Origin: an uncultured virus (IMG/VR IMGVR_UViG_3300009551_000046)
Lineage: Duplodnaviria; Heunggongvirae; Uroviricota; Caudoviricetes
Virus record (IMG/VR): IMGVR_UViG_3300009551_000046
DNA length: 64,000 bases
Strand: one strand, 5' to 3'
The first letter of the stretch is position 1. Every line of letters starts with the position of its first letter. The position numbers and the translations under genes are program-made. The notes under the pieces were generated by a model, which did no database searches, was not told where the DNA came from, and was given only the letters and a program-made list of their open reading frames with translations. Below are positions 55,415 to 64,000 of the stretch, piece after piece.

Positions 55415-55450
55415 TGGTCGTTCCTCTTTGGCGGAAAGGGAGAGGCGACG

Positions 55451-55645
55451 TCAGACCGACGTCGCGCGTTTTCGGGATTGACGATCTTGCAGGATCTGCG
55501 CGATGTCGCGCAGCTGATCATGGGTCGTTTGGCTGTCGTATAGGAACCAAACGATGCGCGTCGCGATCTCCTCGCTTCCCGCAAAGTCGGTCAGCATGTC
55601 CGCAGTTCGCTCGTGCTGACCTTTCAAAGTGCCGCCTGAATACAT
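55451..55645 (-). CDS. Hypothetical protein
   Basis: GGAG RBS. Confidence 0.5.
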   Translation of the reverse strand: MYSGGTLKGQHERTADMLTDFAGSEEIATRIVWFLYDSQTTHDQLRDIAQILQDRQSRKRATSV

Positions 55646-55715
55646 GGCGAGTCTCCGTTTTCTTGGCGTACCGCATCAAGCGGTGGAGAAGCGCAGATGT
55701 CCACACCCCGGAGGC

Positions 55716-55952
55716 CTACTTTTTCGGGTGCCGCCGGATCTCCCGGGCCGTCGGGTTCTGCCGCTTGTCGGTCTTTCGCGCCTTCGGCGGCTTCGGCTTA
55801 ATCGCCGCGATCTTCTCCCGGAGCTCAGAGGAAGAAACCTTCGCCTTCGCCTCCCGCTCCGCCGCCTTCTGATCGCGCTCGGCGCGCTCGGCGCGGGCCT
55901 CCCGCTGTTCGAGGAGCCACCGCTCCTTTGGCCCCATTTTGGAGTCGGACAT
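55716..55952 (-). CDS. Small basic coiled-coil protein
   Basis: CAGGAG RBS; MSDSKMGPKERWLLEQRE. Confidence 0.55.
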   Translation of the reverse strand: MSDSKMGPKERWLLEQREARAERAERDQKAAEREAKAKVSSSELREKIAAIKPKPPKARKTDKRQNPTAREIRRHPKK

Positions 55953-56436
55953 CGCGCTCTCCTGCAGTCTCTTCGGGTTGGGGATCGCCAAGGACGGAGC
56001 AGGCGAACCGGATGATCCGTGACGAGCCGAGGCCTCGAACTCCGTCCCACGGTTTCAGGTAATCCGCGCCGGCGTGCCGGGTGCGGTTGTGAAAGCTGAC
56101 TTGGCCGAACTCCGGGAGATCAATGTAGAGGACATACTCAAAGCCGACGGCGGCTCGGTCATATCCCCATCCCCAGGCGATTCCTTCCTGCTCGGCGAAC
56201 TTTGCGAGGATGTCGGAAAGCAACCCGATCGACCAATCCTTGCGCTCGTATGCCTGCCGCTTGTAGGAACCGTTCTTGTTGCCGCCGCGGTATTTCTTCG
56301 CCCGCTCGGAGTTCTTGCAGGCGCGCAGCAGGTTCAGCGCGATCTCGCCGCGCGGGCCAATGGCGCGGAGACGGTTGTAAACCGCGATCGTCGCGTCGGC
56401 ATCGGAGCCGTTATAGGCATCGTTGACAGAGCTCAT
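55825..56436 (-). CDS. Hypothetical protein
   Basis: ATGA overlap; A.NL.RA.K.S.RAK.YRG...AY.RK...WGW...VLYIDLP..GQVSFH. Confidence 0.7.
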   Translation of the reverse strand: MSSVNDAYNGSDADATIAVYNRLRAIGPRGEIALNLLRACKNSERAKKYRGGNKNGSYKRQAYERKDWSIGLLSDILAKFAEQEGIAWGWGYDRAAVGFEYVLYIDLPEFGQVSFHNRTRHAGADYLKPWDGVRGLGSSRIIRFACSVLGDPQPEETAGERDVRLQNGAKGAVAPRTAGGPRRARRARSEGGGAGGEGEGFFL

Positions 56437-58142
56437 GTCAGCACCTCGCGCGCCCAATCTGAAACCTGTACGCGGCCGGCGCCGGACCGCTGCAGCACGT
56501 CGATCGCGGTCAGGCTGCCGACGATATTGTTGAAATTGCCGCTTCCGGCTTGATACCCGGAGGCGCCGGCGAGATCGGAACGGGTCATGTTGCCGCGCCC
56601 CATGCTCAGGGCGGCATCCAAAACCCGCAGCTGCGGCGTCTCAAGGATCGAGCGCAGCTGGTCGCGAGCAGCCTCGGGCCCGATCGCCGAAACCTCGCAG
56701 ATAAGCGCAAGCCGGCCAGGCGTCGGGATGCGGACCCTTTCCCCGCTCACGAGACCGCCGACGATGTTGTTGAAGTTCCCGGAACCGGCCTTGTAACCGG
56801 CCGCGGCGGCAACCTGCTCTCGCGTCGGCTCATTGTGTCCGACCGATCGCCAAAAGGCGAGGGATTGGAGCACCCGGAGGGCGGGCTTTGTCAGGCCGTC
56901 GGGCGTCGGCGCCGGAAGGGGGCGAGCCGTGGCAGGCCGGGGCACCGGTGCGGCGGCCGGCGCGGGCCGCTGTGTCGGGTAGGGGGCGGCTGCGCGCGTC
57001 TGTACGGGCTCCGTAGCAGCTGCGGCCCAAAGCGAAAACTGTCCGGCGGCATTGGCGGCGTCATGAGCGATTGTTCCGACCCTTTGAAATGCCGCGATGA
57101 TCGGATCGCATTTCGCTGCGACCTCGCGCATCGCCCGCTCGTAACCATCGGAGCGGCCGTTCTGATAGGCGGTTTCGATCGCCTGCAGATCGGGCTTCCC
57201 AGCAGTCGCCTTCAGCCGAGAGATCTCTGCTCGCAATGCCTTCGGGTCGTTGGCCTTGGTCTCCGCCTCGACGGCGGCGAGGCGTTCCCGCAGCTTCCCG
57301 AGATCGACGGCGCCGAGCACCGCGTTCGGGCGCGTCTCGCCGCGCTTCGGCGCCCGCGACGAGTCAAACGTCGCCTTGGCCGGAAAGCTGACCGTTTTCA
57401 GGATTTCACGAGCCGGAAACCAGATCATGCCGTCTCCGCGGGAGAGGCTCGGCAGCGAGGCGATCATCTTCCGGCCCTCGATCTTGTCGGCCTGGCCGTC
57501 GATCCAGCCGCCGATCGCGTCACGGTCCTGCGACGCGGTCAGTTTCATCGCGACGATCCCGTCGGATTGGCTCAGAACATCCTTCGAGAGTACGGCCGGG
57601 CGTTGCGTGATCAGCCATGGAACGAAGCCGCGGGCGCGGCCGCGGCGAACAAGCGTTTCCATCATGCCGAGAAGTTTCGCGGCGTCGCCGTCCTTGTCGA
57701 GCAGGCGCTGCGGCGCCCACATATCGGCTTCGTCGAAAACGACGTGCAGCTGCTCGCCGTTGATGCCGCGGTACAGCGCGGTCAGGAAGGCGAGCATGAA
57801 CCGGCGCTCGCCGGCCTTCGTGCCGATCCTGCTCAGATCAAGGATGCAGCTTTGCGCCATGCCGGCGACAGCCTCGCCGATCACGGCGCCGGCGGTTTCG
57901 GTCAGCGCGAGGTCACCATGATCACCGCCGAAGATCGGCAGATCGAAAGCAGGCGTCTTGCCGTCGGCGTGCAGCCGCAGCCCCCACCACACGCCGAGCG
58001 GATCGACGATGACGACTCGAGAACCCATGTCGAGCAGCATCTCGACGGCGAGCATTGCCGTGTACGTCTTGCCGCTGCCGGACATGCCGACAATCGAGAT
58101 GCGGTCGTCGAGCGCGGCCGTTGGGATCGGAAACATCTTCAT
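56433..58142 (-). CDS. HerA/DUF87-like P-loop ATPase with C-terminal tandem wHTH-like repeats
   Basis: GMSGSGKT, VDPLG.WWGL, VFDEAD, RRGRARG, ITQRPA. Confidence 0.85.
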   Translation of the reverse strand: MKMFPIPTAALDDRISIVGMSGSGKTYTAMLAVEMLLDMGSRVVIVDPLGVWWGLRLHADGKTPAFDLPIFGGDHGDLALTETAGAVIGEAVAGMAQSCILDLSRIGTKAGERRFMLAFLTALYRGINGEQLHVVFDEADMWAPQRLLDKDGDAAKLLGMMETLVRRGRARGFVPWLITQRPAVLSKDVLSQSDGIVAMKLTASQDRDAIGGWIDGQADKIEGRKMIASLPSLSRGDGMIWFPAREILKTVSFPAKATFDSSRAPKRGETRPNAVLGAVDLGKLRERLAAVEAETKANDPKALRAEISRLKATAGKPDLQAIETAYQNGRSDGYERAMREVAAKCDPIIAAFQRVGTIAHDAANAAGQFSLWAAAATEPVQTRAAAPYPTQRPAPAAAPVPRPATARPLPAPTPDGLTKPALRVLQSLAFWRSVGHNEPTREQVAAAAGYKAGSGNFNNIVGGLVSGERVRIPTPGRLALICEVSAIGPEAARDQLRSILETPQLRVLDAALSMGRGNMTRSDLAGASGYQAGSGNFNNIVGSLTAIDVLQRSGAGRVQVSDWAREVLT

Positions 58143-58468
58143 GAATTGCCCCTCTGTTCAAAATGTTCGAGAGCCGCGCGGATCGTTTTCCAGCGGCCGA
58201 TGACGAGCTCGGCAACGGCACGAAGGCTGCCGGGTTCATAGCCGCTCGGCGTCTTGCGCCGCTCGGCGTTGGCGATTTCCTTTTCGATCTTCAGCGCGGT
58301 GTCGGATGCCCGGCCCGGCGCGTCGGCGCGCAGATCCGCGGCGATCGCCTTCAGGATCAGGTACGTGTCGCGCTCTCCCTCGATCGACGACGACCGGGCG
58401 GGGCGCCATTGCGTGATGAAGTGCTCGACGACTTCGATCTTCTCCTGCTTTGTGAATTCACCGGCCAT
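58139..58468 (-). CDS. Hypothetical protein
   Basis: Coupled in operon. Confidence 0.6.
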   Translation of the reverse strand: MAGEFTKQEKIEVVEHFITQWRPARSSSIEGERDTYLILKAIAADLRADAPGRASDTALKIEKEIANAERRKTPSGYEPGSLRAVAELVIGRWKTIRAALEHFEQRGNS

Positions 58469-58982
58469 GGCGCTTTGCTTCCTTTTCCAACTGCGGACGC
58501 GTCGTCCGGGACATTGAGGCGATCATGTCGAGCACGTCCTGTTTCGACTTCTCGAACGTCTCTTTTTTCATCGCCGCGTGAGATTGCGACTCGGCCTCCC
58601 AAACGATCAGCGTGTTTTCCTTCAAAGCCATCACTGCGTAGGGACTCATGCGCCGGATGTCGGCTGCAAGCTTGCGGGCCTCTTTCGAGTTCGCGAGGAC
58701 ATAGTTCGTTTCCGTGCAGAACCCACACTGCACAAGACACCAATGCCTGAGGTGCTCGGCGGTCGGAAACTTCTTCGCGTTCTCCTCCGAGAGGTTATTG
58801 AAGCCCTCGGCGATCGCCGCGAAATAGTGATTGTGCGAGGCGCGTGACCGCTCCTCGACGGGCAACATCGGATAGACTTCGCCGACCGTGTATTCGCGCG
58901 AGCAGTAATGCTTGAAGGACGGCTCCGGCCGAAAGACGTCGCCGTCCCATTTCAGGAACACCGGGCGCGGGCGCCGAGCCAT
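58458..58982 (-). CDS. NinB-like recombination-associated protein
   Basis: RSRASHNHYFA.I...AEHLRHWCL...ESQS..AM.KE.F..SK..VL; next to exonuclease and SSAP genes. Confidence 0.55.
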   Translation of the reverse strand: MARRPRPVFLKWDGDVFRPEPSFKHYCSREYTVGEVYPMLPVEERSRASHNHYFAAIAEGFNNLSEENAKKFPTAEHLRHWCLVQCGFCTETNYVLANSKEARKLAADIRRMSPYAVMALKENTLIVWEAESQSHAAMKKETFEKSKQDVLDMIASMSRTTRPQLEKEAKRHGR

Positions 58983-59410
58983 CAGCGGAGCCTTGCCTTG
59001 ATCATCTCGCTAGCGGCTTTAAAGGCAAGCCATGCCATCTCTTCGGAAGAGAGCGGCTCGCTGCACGAGTTCTGAGAGACGATGCCGGCTAGCGCCTGTC
59101 CGGCATACCAATCCCGGAGCGACATGCCGCGTTGCCCGGGGGCATTGTCAGTTTGATAGTCCTCACGGGGAAAGGCGGGGCCGCCATCATGCAGCGGCGT
59201 TCCCGGGCTGCGCGCCTTCTCCGCGACGATGCCAGCCATGGTGTTTTCAAGGTCGGGATACAGAACCCGGTAAAGTTCGCCGTTGACCGCGATCAGAAAC
59301 TTGCGCTGATCGTCCGGCTCTCCCTCGCGAAAGATGATGCCGATGAACTCGTAGCCCCCGACGACGTGACGCTCGACAACGATCATGTTGTCGTCAACCT
59401 TGGCGCTCAT
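58982..59410 (-). CDS. Phage hypothetical protein (GGPAFP...GMSLRDWYA motif)
   Basis: DGGPAFP...GMSLRDWYAGQAL...A..M.KAR. Confidence 0.7.
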   Translation of the reverse strand: MSAKVDDNMIVVERHVVGGYEFIGIIFREGEPDDQRKFLIAVNGELYRVLYPDLENTMAGIVAEKARSPGTPLHDGGPAFPREDYQTDNAPGQRGMSLRDWYAGQALAGIVSQNSCSEPLSSEEMAWLAFKAASEMIKARLR

Positions 59411-60144
59411 GCACCCATCCTCCTGATTTTCTCGACGAGCATTCGCGTCTCGTATTCGAATGTCTCAACCGCGCGCGCGATCTCGCGGATGAACGTCTCG
59501 TCGCGGCGGACCGTGAACACCGGATTCACCGGCATGCCGCGGTAGTAGAGGAGGAGATCAACCTCCTCCAAATCGGCAATCCACATCGTTCCGTGCACTT
59601 GGGCGCGGTGCTCCGGCGGCATCCCGGCTCCGGCGAGCAGGCGCTCGATCATCAGATCGGGTGCCATGGTCTTGATCTCGAGCGCCTTCTTCTCGCCGAT
59701 CATCCCGTCGGGAGAGCATCCAGCCCACCCGCCGCTCGGCAGTCGCCGGCGGATGAAGCCGACGCGGCGGACGTCAACGAAGTGTCGGCGCTCGTAATAG
59801 GCGCGCGCCTCGGGCTCCATTTCGTTGCCGCGCGTCATCGCCGCAGTCTTGATCTTGCCCTCGGCGATCTCGCCGGTCAGGATCTCACCGGCGAGCAACC
59901 GCAGCAGCCGGGAGCGGGTCTTGCTCTCCTCGTCGTCGCGGCCGGTCGCCATCATGACGCGGAAGTTTGACGCCGTCGGCACGCCGAGTCGGATCGTGAA
60001 CCATTCCTCGCTGCCCTGCTCGACGTCGTCGAACACCTCGACGGTCGCAGGGGCGACCGGCGGCGGGGGCGCCTTGGCCGGCGGCGGCGACACTGCCGGG
60101 ACGTGCCTACGGGGCGGCGGAGCGGCAACCGGGCGCCTAGCCAT
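59407..60144 (-). CDS. YqaJ/lambda-type exonuclease
   Basis: EQGSEEW...R.G.PTAS, M.RG.E.EP.AR, GCSPDG, LEIK, QVHG.MW. Confidence 0.9.
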   Translation of the reverse strand: MARRPVAAPPPRRHVPAVSPPPAKAPPPPVAPATVEVFDDVEQGSEEWFTIRLGVPTASNFRVMMATGRDDEESKTRSRLLRLLAGEILTGEIAEGKIKTAAMTRGNEMEPEARAYYERRHFVDVRRVGFIRRRLPSGGWAGCSPDGMIGEKKALEIKTMAPDLMIERLLAGAGMPPEHRAQVHGTMWIADLEEVDLLLYYRGMPVNPVFTVRRDETFIREIARAVETFEYETRMLVEKIRRMGA

Positions 60145-61072
60145 GCTTCTTGGCCTCCTGCTCGCGCCGCTTTTTGAAGGCCGCGATGTCCTTCTTGGCG
60201 CCGGCGAACTGCTTTGCCGGCAGATCGACTAGCCGATCAATCCTGTATTTCTCGCAGAACTTGTCCTCCGGAAGCTGGGCATCGGCGATCGTAAGGCGGA
60301 GCTCCTCGGCTTCGGCGGCAGAGATCGTCGCCGATTCATCCGGCTGCTCGTGATCCTGCTGCTGCGCTTCTTTCCGCTTGAACCCGTCATTGTCTAGATC
60401 TCGGGGATCCTCGCTGACAATGTCGAGCATCAAGATCAGATTGTAGCGCTTGCCGTAACTCGCGCCGCTGCCGAAGCCCTGCTGATTGTTCTTCTTGCCG
60501 GAGACCTCTGCGGAAAGCGGAAACCGCGACGCCATGTTGTGACCGTCGACGTGAGTCAGATAGCCGACGACGTCGGCCTTCGAGCCGTCGGCGGAGGGCT
60601 CGATCACGTTGTTGAAGGTGAAGCCGTGCTCTTTGAGCAGCGGGCGGCAGACGCTCATGAGATTCGGATAGGTCGAGTAGCGGGTCTTGAGGCGGGCGTT
60701 TCCGCGCGAAGTGACGCCGTCGCCGTGATCAATGATGCCGTCGCGGTTGATAGACGGCAGCTTGAACTGCAGCGCATTGAACGCGCGCGTGAATGACTTG
60801 CGGGCCTCGCGGTCCTCAATGTCCTTTTGCATCTCGTAGAGCTCGCGCATCTTGGCGGGATCGCAGCGCGGGTCGAGCGCAGCCGTCATGATGACTTCGA
60901 TCATGCTGCGCGGTGCCTGCGGAGCGGCCGGTTGCCGGTGCGCGATGGCCCGACTCTGTGTCGGCTTCTCAGCCTTCGCCGGCAGTTTCTCGGCCTTCGC
61001 CGGCTGCGCGGCCGGTTGCTTGGCGGGCTCGAAGAGCTCGGGTTCGGCTGTCTTGGTCTTGGGGCGTGCCAT
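60137..61072 (-). CDS. ERF-family single-strand annealing protein
   Basis: Y......VCRPLLKEHG...LTH.DGH...QGFGSGASYGKRYNL; AGGAGG RBS before ATG 61072. Confidence 0.85.
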   Translation of the reverse strand: MARPKTKTAEPELFEPAKQPAAQPAKAEKLPAKAEKPTQSRAIAHRQPAAPQAPRSMIEVIMTAALDPRCDPAKMRELYEMQKDIEDREARKSFTRAFNALQFKLPSINRDGIIDHGDGVTSRGNARLKTRYSTYPNLMSVCRPLLKEHGFTFNNVIEPSADGSKADVVGYLTHVDGHNMASRFPLSAEVSGKKNNQQGFGSGASYGKRYNLILMLDIVSEDPRDLDNDGFKRKEAQQQDHEQPDESATISAAEAEELRLTIADAQLPEDKFCEKYRIDRLVDLPAKQFAGAKKDIAAFKKRREQEAKKHG

Positions 61073-61170
61073 GGTTCCTCCTGCGGGACCGCAATTCATG
61101 GAGCATCCCCCGTCCGGCCAGCAGTCGCCGCACGGGGGATGCGATCGTTTTCCGAAGCGCTCGACGTACA

Positions 61171-61521
61171 TCACAGATCGACGTCGTCGAAGATTGAGCG
61201 GTTGCCCTTGTCATCAAGCAATGTGCCATCCGGGGCAAACACCGGGCTTCCATTCGGATGCCGGCTAGCCGCGTCCGCTGCATATTCGGCGCGAGCCGTC
61301 TCGCCGTAGTCGGGCGGCTCGTCAACGGCGCCGTGAGTGTTGCGGGCGAACGCCGGGCATGTCTGCTCGGCGGTCGTGTATTTCTTGGCATGCGGGCCGT
61401 CGCCGAGGCAGAGCGCCTCGGTGTCGCCGCGGGGATTGTCGGTGCCGCCGCCAGCCCGAGCGATCATCTCAGACCAATAGCGGCAGCCTTCGCAAACCTG
61501 ATCTCCGGCATAACGTCCCAT
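61171..61521 (-). CDS. Cys-rich hypothetical protein
   Basis: CEGCRYWSE...ALC...C. Confidence 0.6.
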   Translation of the reverse strand: MGRYAGDQVCEGCRYWSEMIARAGGGTDNPRGDTEALCLGDGPHAKKYTTAEQTCPAFARNTHGAVDEPPDYGETARAEYAADAASRHPNGSPVFAPDGTLLDDKGNRSIFDDVDL

Positions 61522-62408
61522 CAGCGCACCAACGATTTTGGACGCTTGCCGAAGCGGGCGCCCTTGATCTGCACCGACGGATCGTCCGAATAGCCGACGC
61601 TCTTCGCATAGGCACGGACGGCGGTCTCGAGCGCGGCGGCTGGAAGATAGGGCCGAAGCTTTTCGAGCTCGAGCACGTTGCGATCGGTGACTTCGGCGAA
61701 AGGTTCGGTCCCCATCGTCGCGAGGGCGCCGGATGCCGTTCGCTGCCGCATGATGTCGGCCGGCCGAGCAAGTGTGTCGATATAGGCATCTTCCGCCTTG
61801 GCCGCGGTGACGACGGCTTCGACGGTCGCCGAGCTCGCCTGCTCTTCCTTCACCTCCGCGACCGACTCCTTCGCAGCCTGCGTTTCCGGCTTCCGTGCCC
61901 GCTCGGCGGCCAGGCGCGCGGCTTCCGCCTCGGCGCGGGCGCGGGCTTCCGCCTCCGCTGCCTCGCGGGCCTTGCGCGCGGCTTCCGCCGCCTCGGCGCG
62001 CCGCCGCTCCTGCTCGGCGATCAGAAGCCGGGTGTCATAGTCGGTCAGCAGCCGGTTCAGCCGGTCGGCAATGCCTTCGGCCGCCGCCTTCTTCTGCCCG
62101 CGACTGATGCGCTCCATAAGCCCGAAGAACACAGAGTCCGCGGCGCGGCCGCGCTCAAGGTGCGGCGCCTTCTCCGCCTCGTGAACACCCTTCACGCGCT
62201 TGTAGGCTTCGCGCATTTCCTTGATCAGGCCGGTGACGATGTCCTTCACCTCCTGCGAGTCGACGACTTCGATCGGCTCGCCCTTGGCGAGGAGCTCGGC
62301 GACGGCGTTTTCCAGATAGCTGTAGTCGCGGAGCAGGCGTTCCCGCTCCTCGCCGAAATAGTCGATCGTCGCGGCGTTGTCGCCGATGCCGGGAGTTCTG
62401 TCATTCAT
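61521..62408 (-). CDS. Coiled-coil phage protein of the recombination module
   Basis: GIGDN N-terminus, EKAPHL..GRA.D..F, long E/A/R helix. Confidence 0.7.
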   Translation of the reverse strand: MNDRTPGIGDNAATIDYFGEERERLLRDYSYLENAVAELLAKGEPIEVVDSQEVKDIVTGLIKEMREAYKRVKGVHEAEKAPHLERGRAADSVFFGLMERISRGQKKAAAEGIADRLNRLLTDYDTRLLIAEQERRRAEAAEAARKAREAAEAEARARAEAEAARLAAERARKPETQAAKESVAEVKEEQASSATVEAVVTAAKAEDAYIDTLARPADIMRQRTASGALATMGTEPFAEVTDRNVLELEKLRPYLPAAALETAVRAYAKSVGYSDDPSVQIKGARFGKRPKSLVR

Positions 62409-62437
62409 TGGCGGAGTCCTTCAGGGGTTGCGCGAGA

Positions 62438-62782
62438 TCAGAGGATCTCGACTTGGGGGTAGCCGGAATTGGCGGAGCGGACGAACTTCGCCCGCAACAC
62501 CTTGTTGTTGCCGATCTTCAGCGCGGCATCGAACGTGATGCCGGCGTCGGTGCAGGCGTTGCCGAAGGTCAGCGCCTCGGCATCGATCCGCTTCGCGACC
62601 TCGACGTTCTCCCGCTTCGAGAGATAGCCGACGTGCTCGCCGCCGACATAGACGGCGACCGCAAAGGCGTCGTGCGGGTTGTTCGGCTCGCGGACAAGAA
62701 GCGCGTCGATGCCGGCAATGACGCCGGGAAGGTACGGTTCAAGCCCGCGGAATTTCTGTCCGACGATGTTGAACCGCGCCAT
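62438..62782 (-). CDS. HIRAN domain protein
   Basis: IVGQKFR...LVREPNNPHDAFAVAVY...HVGYL. Confidence 0.85.
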   Translation of the reverse strand: MARFNIVGQKFRGLEPYLPGVIAGIDALLVREPNNPHDAFAVAVYVGGEHVGYLSKRENVEVAKRIDAEALTFGNACTDAGITFDAALKIGNNKVLRAKFVRSANSGYPQVEIL

Positions 62783-63165
62783 CAGGACACCTCGCCCTGA
62801 TCATCCTCGGTGCCGTCGGAGCGGAGCTCCGGCAGCGGTGTCGCGGGCTCCGGCGGCGCTTCCGGAATGACAAGCTGAAGCCCATGCGCGTAGTACGTTC
62901 CCATCGCGCCATCGGAATGCTTTACCCATATGGCGTCGTCGCAGATCCCTCGGATTATCCCAATCGGAATGTTGGTGCCGATCGCCGCGACGGTCTCGCC
63001 GATATGAAACGTGCGCTGAACGATAGTAACGTCGGCCATGGGAACGACGATGTCCCGGAAACCGATCTTGATATGAACGTCGGTATCGCCGGGGTCGAAG
63101 TCGAAACGGACCGTGCCGCGGACGGTGACGATGTCACCTTCGCGGAATGGAATTGCTGTGCTCAT
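62782..63165 (-). CDS. Hypothetical protein (tandem SH3/KOW-like)
   Basis: FREGDIV...FHIGETV repeats. Confidence 0.6.
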   Translation of the reverse strand: MSTAIPFREGDIVTVRGTVRFDFDPGDTDVHIKIGFRDIVVPMADVTIVQRTFHIGETVAAIGTNIPIGIIRGICDDAIWVKHSDGAMGTYYAHGLQLVIPEAPPEPATPLPELRSDGTEDDQGEVS

Positions 63166-63199
63166 TGTGTCGGTTCTCCGGTGCGGCTCTCAGTGAAGC

Positions 63200-63448
63200 C
63201 TAAATGGCGCGGACGCCGCAGTTTTCCGCGCGCAATCTCTCGGTAACGCGGCGCTTCAGCGCGTCGCGCAGTTTCTTGACGGGGACGCCGGCTTTCCGCG
63301 CCTCCTGCTTCAGGTAGCGGTCAAGCGTCTCGCGCTCGATCCAGTCGGCGACGGCTGCGCAGGCGGCGGCTTCGTCGCCTTCGCCCTCGTTGCTGCGCAG
63401 CCAAAGCAGCGCAGTCGCGATCTGATCGTCGGTCGGCCGCGGCATCAT
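63200..63448 (-). CDS. Hypothetical protein
   Basis: ATGA overlap. Confidence 0.55.
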   Translation of the reverse strand: MMPRPTDDQIATALLWLRSNEGEGDEAAACAAVADWIERETLDRYLKQEARKAGVPVKKLRDALKRRVTERLRAENCGVRAI

Positions 63449-64000
63449 CGCCCCCGCGTGTTGCGCTTGGCGCGCTTCTTGCGGGGCTTTAATCGGCCAT
63501 TTGCATCCATCCCCGCGTCGGCCAAGCACTCTTCGACCGAAATGGATTCGTCATCATCGATCGGCGTTCCGGGTTCATCGAACATCGAAACGTCCCGCGT
63601 GTTGCGCTTAGCGGGCTTCTTGCGGGCCGGCTTGGGGTCGTCCTGCTGCGGGAAAAAGTCGTCCTCCGGCAGATGTCCGGTCGCGAACAAATGCGCATCC
63701 TCTTCGGGGGGCAGTCGGTCAAGGTATCGATCCGACGGCATGTCATGCAGCGCCCGCTCGAAATTGGACACGTAATGGCGCCGCTGTCGCGGCCGGCCGG
63801 CATAAGGCGCCTGCGGCTGAAGGGTCGCCATCGCGTGCCAAACTCGCATATAGGCATCGTGCAGCGGGCGGTCCTTCACCGAGTCCTTGAAGTTAGAATA
63901 GTCGACGCCGAAAATGTGCTCGCTGATCACGAGCGCGACGCGGCTGCGTTTGATCGCCGCCCGGTAGTGATAATCGGACGCGGTGAACTGCTGAACCTGC
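63445..64000 (-). CDS. Hypothetical protein, 5' end outside window
   Basis: Frame open to window edge; VDYSNFKDSV.D..LHDAY..VW. Confidence 0.6.
   Translation of the reverse strand, partial: QVQQFTASDYHYRAAIKRSRVALVISEHIFGVDYSNFKDSVKDRPLHDAYMRVWHAMATLQPQAPYAGRPRQRRHYVSNFERALHDMPSDRYLDRLPPEEDAHLFATGHLPEDDFFPQQDDPKPARKKPAKRNTRDVSMFDEPGTPIDDDESISVEECLADAGMDANGRLKPRKKRAKRNTRGR

Noticed and set aside
55825..55952. 128-nt same-strand overlap as a programmed frameshift
   Set aside because: The downstream gene has its own CAGGAG RBS and ATG; the upstream tail looks like simple run-on and no slippery site is evident

Overview
The whole window is GC-rich DNA of a tailed phage with a contractile tail. 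The host is probably an alphaproteobacterium (Rhizobiales-like), inferred from DUF932/DUF3489, the COG5526-type endolysin and a suhB/MmgR-like RNA. Layout: (1) 1-5 kb, DNA-modification and accessory genes (C5-cytosine MTase C-terminus, a UDG-like ORF missing from the ORF track, DUF932, CmoA-like SAM enzyme, J-domain protein, tRNA-Gln). (2) 5-14 kb, terS, terL, a 1500-aa portal fused to a kinase-like and an ADP-ribosyltransferase domain, and MuF. (3) 14-23.5 kb, about 30 small coupled ORFs, a TGT/DpdA-like gene and tRNAs, splitting the head module. (4) 23.6-47.4 kb, protease/scaffold, capsid, neck, sheath (interrupted by an in-frame TAG), tube, -1 frameshift chaperones, tape measure, baseplate and fibres. 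(5) 47.4-49.9 kb, lysis genes. (6) 49.9-64 kb, minus-strand early genes (DUF1643, DUF5131, ASCH, HNH, N6-MTase-like, HerA-like ATPase, YqaJ exonuclease, ERF, HIRAN). Best candidates for new biology: a portal-kinase-ART polyprotein with repeated AxD...EWxxxHPRxxxGKFA junctions; a self-contained ~100-nt sRNA between terL and portal whose UUGGCG loop and anti-SD arm are complementary to a CCGCCAA+SD motif in about 10 phage translation-initiation regions; and one ~70-aa beta-rich module inserted 8 times into 5 different virion proteins. All family calls come from motif recognition by eye; no database searches were run.
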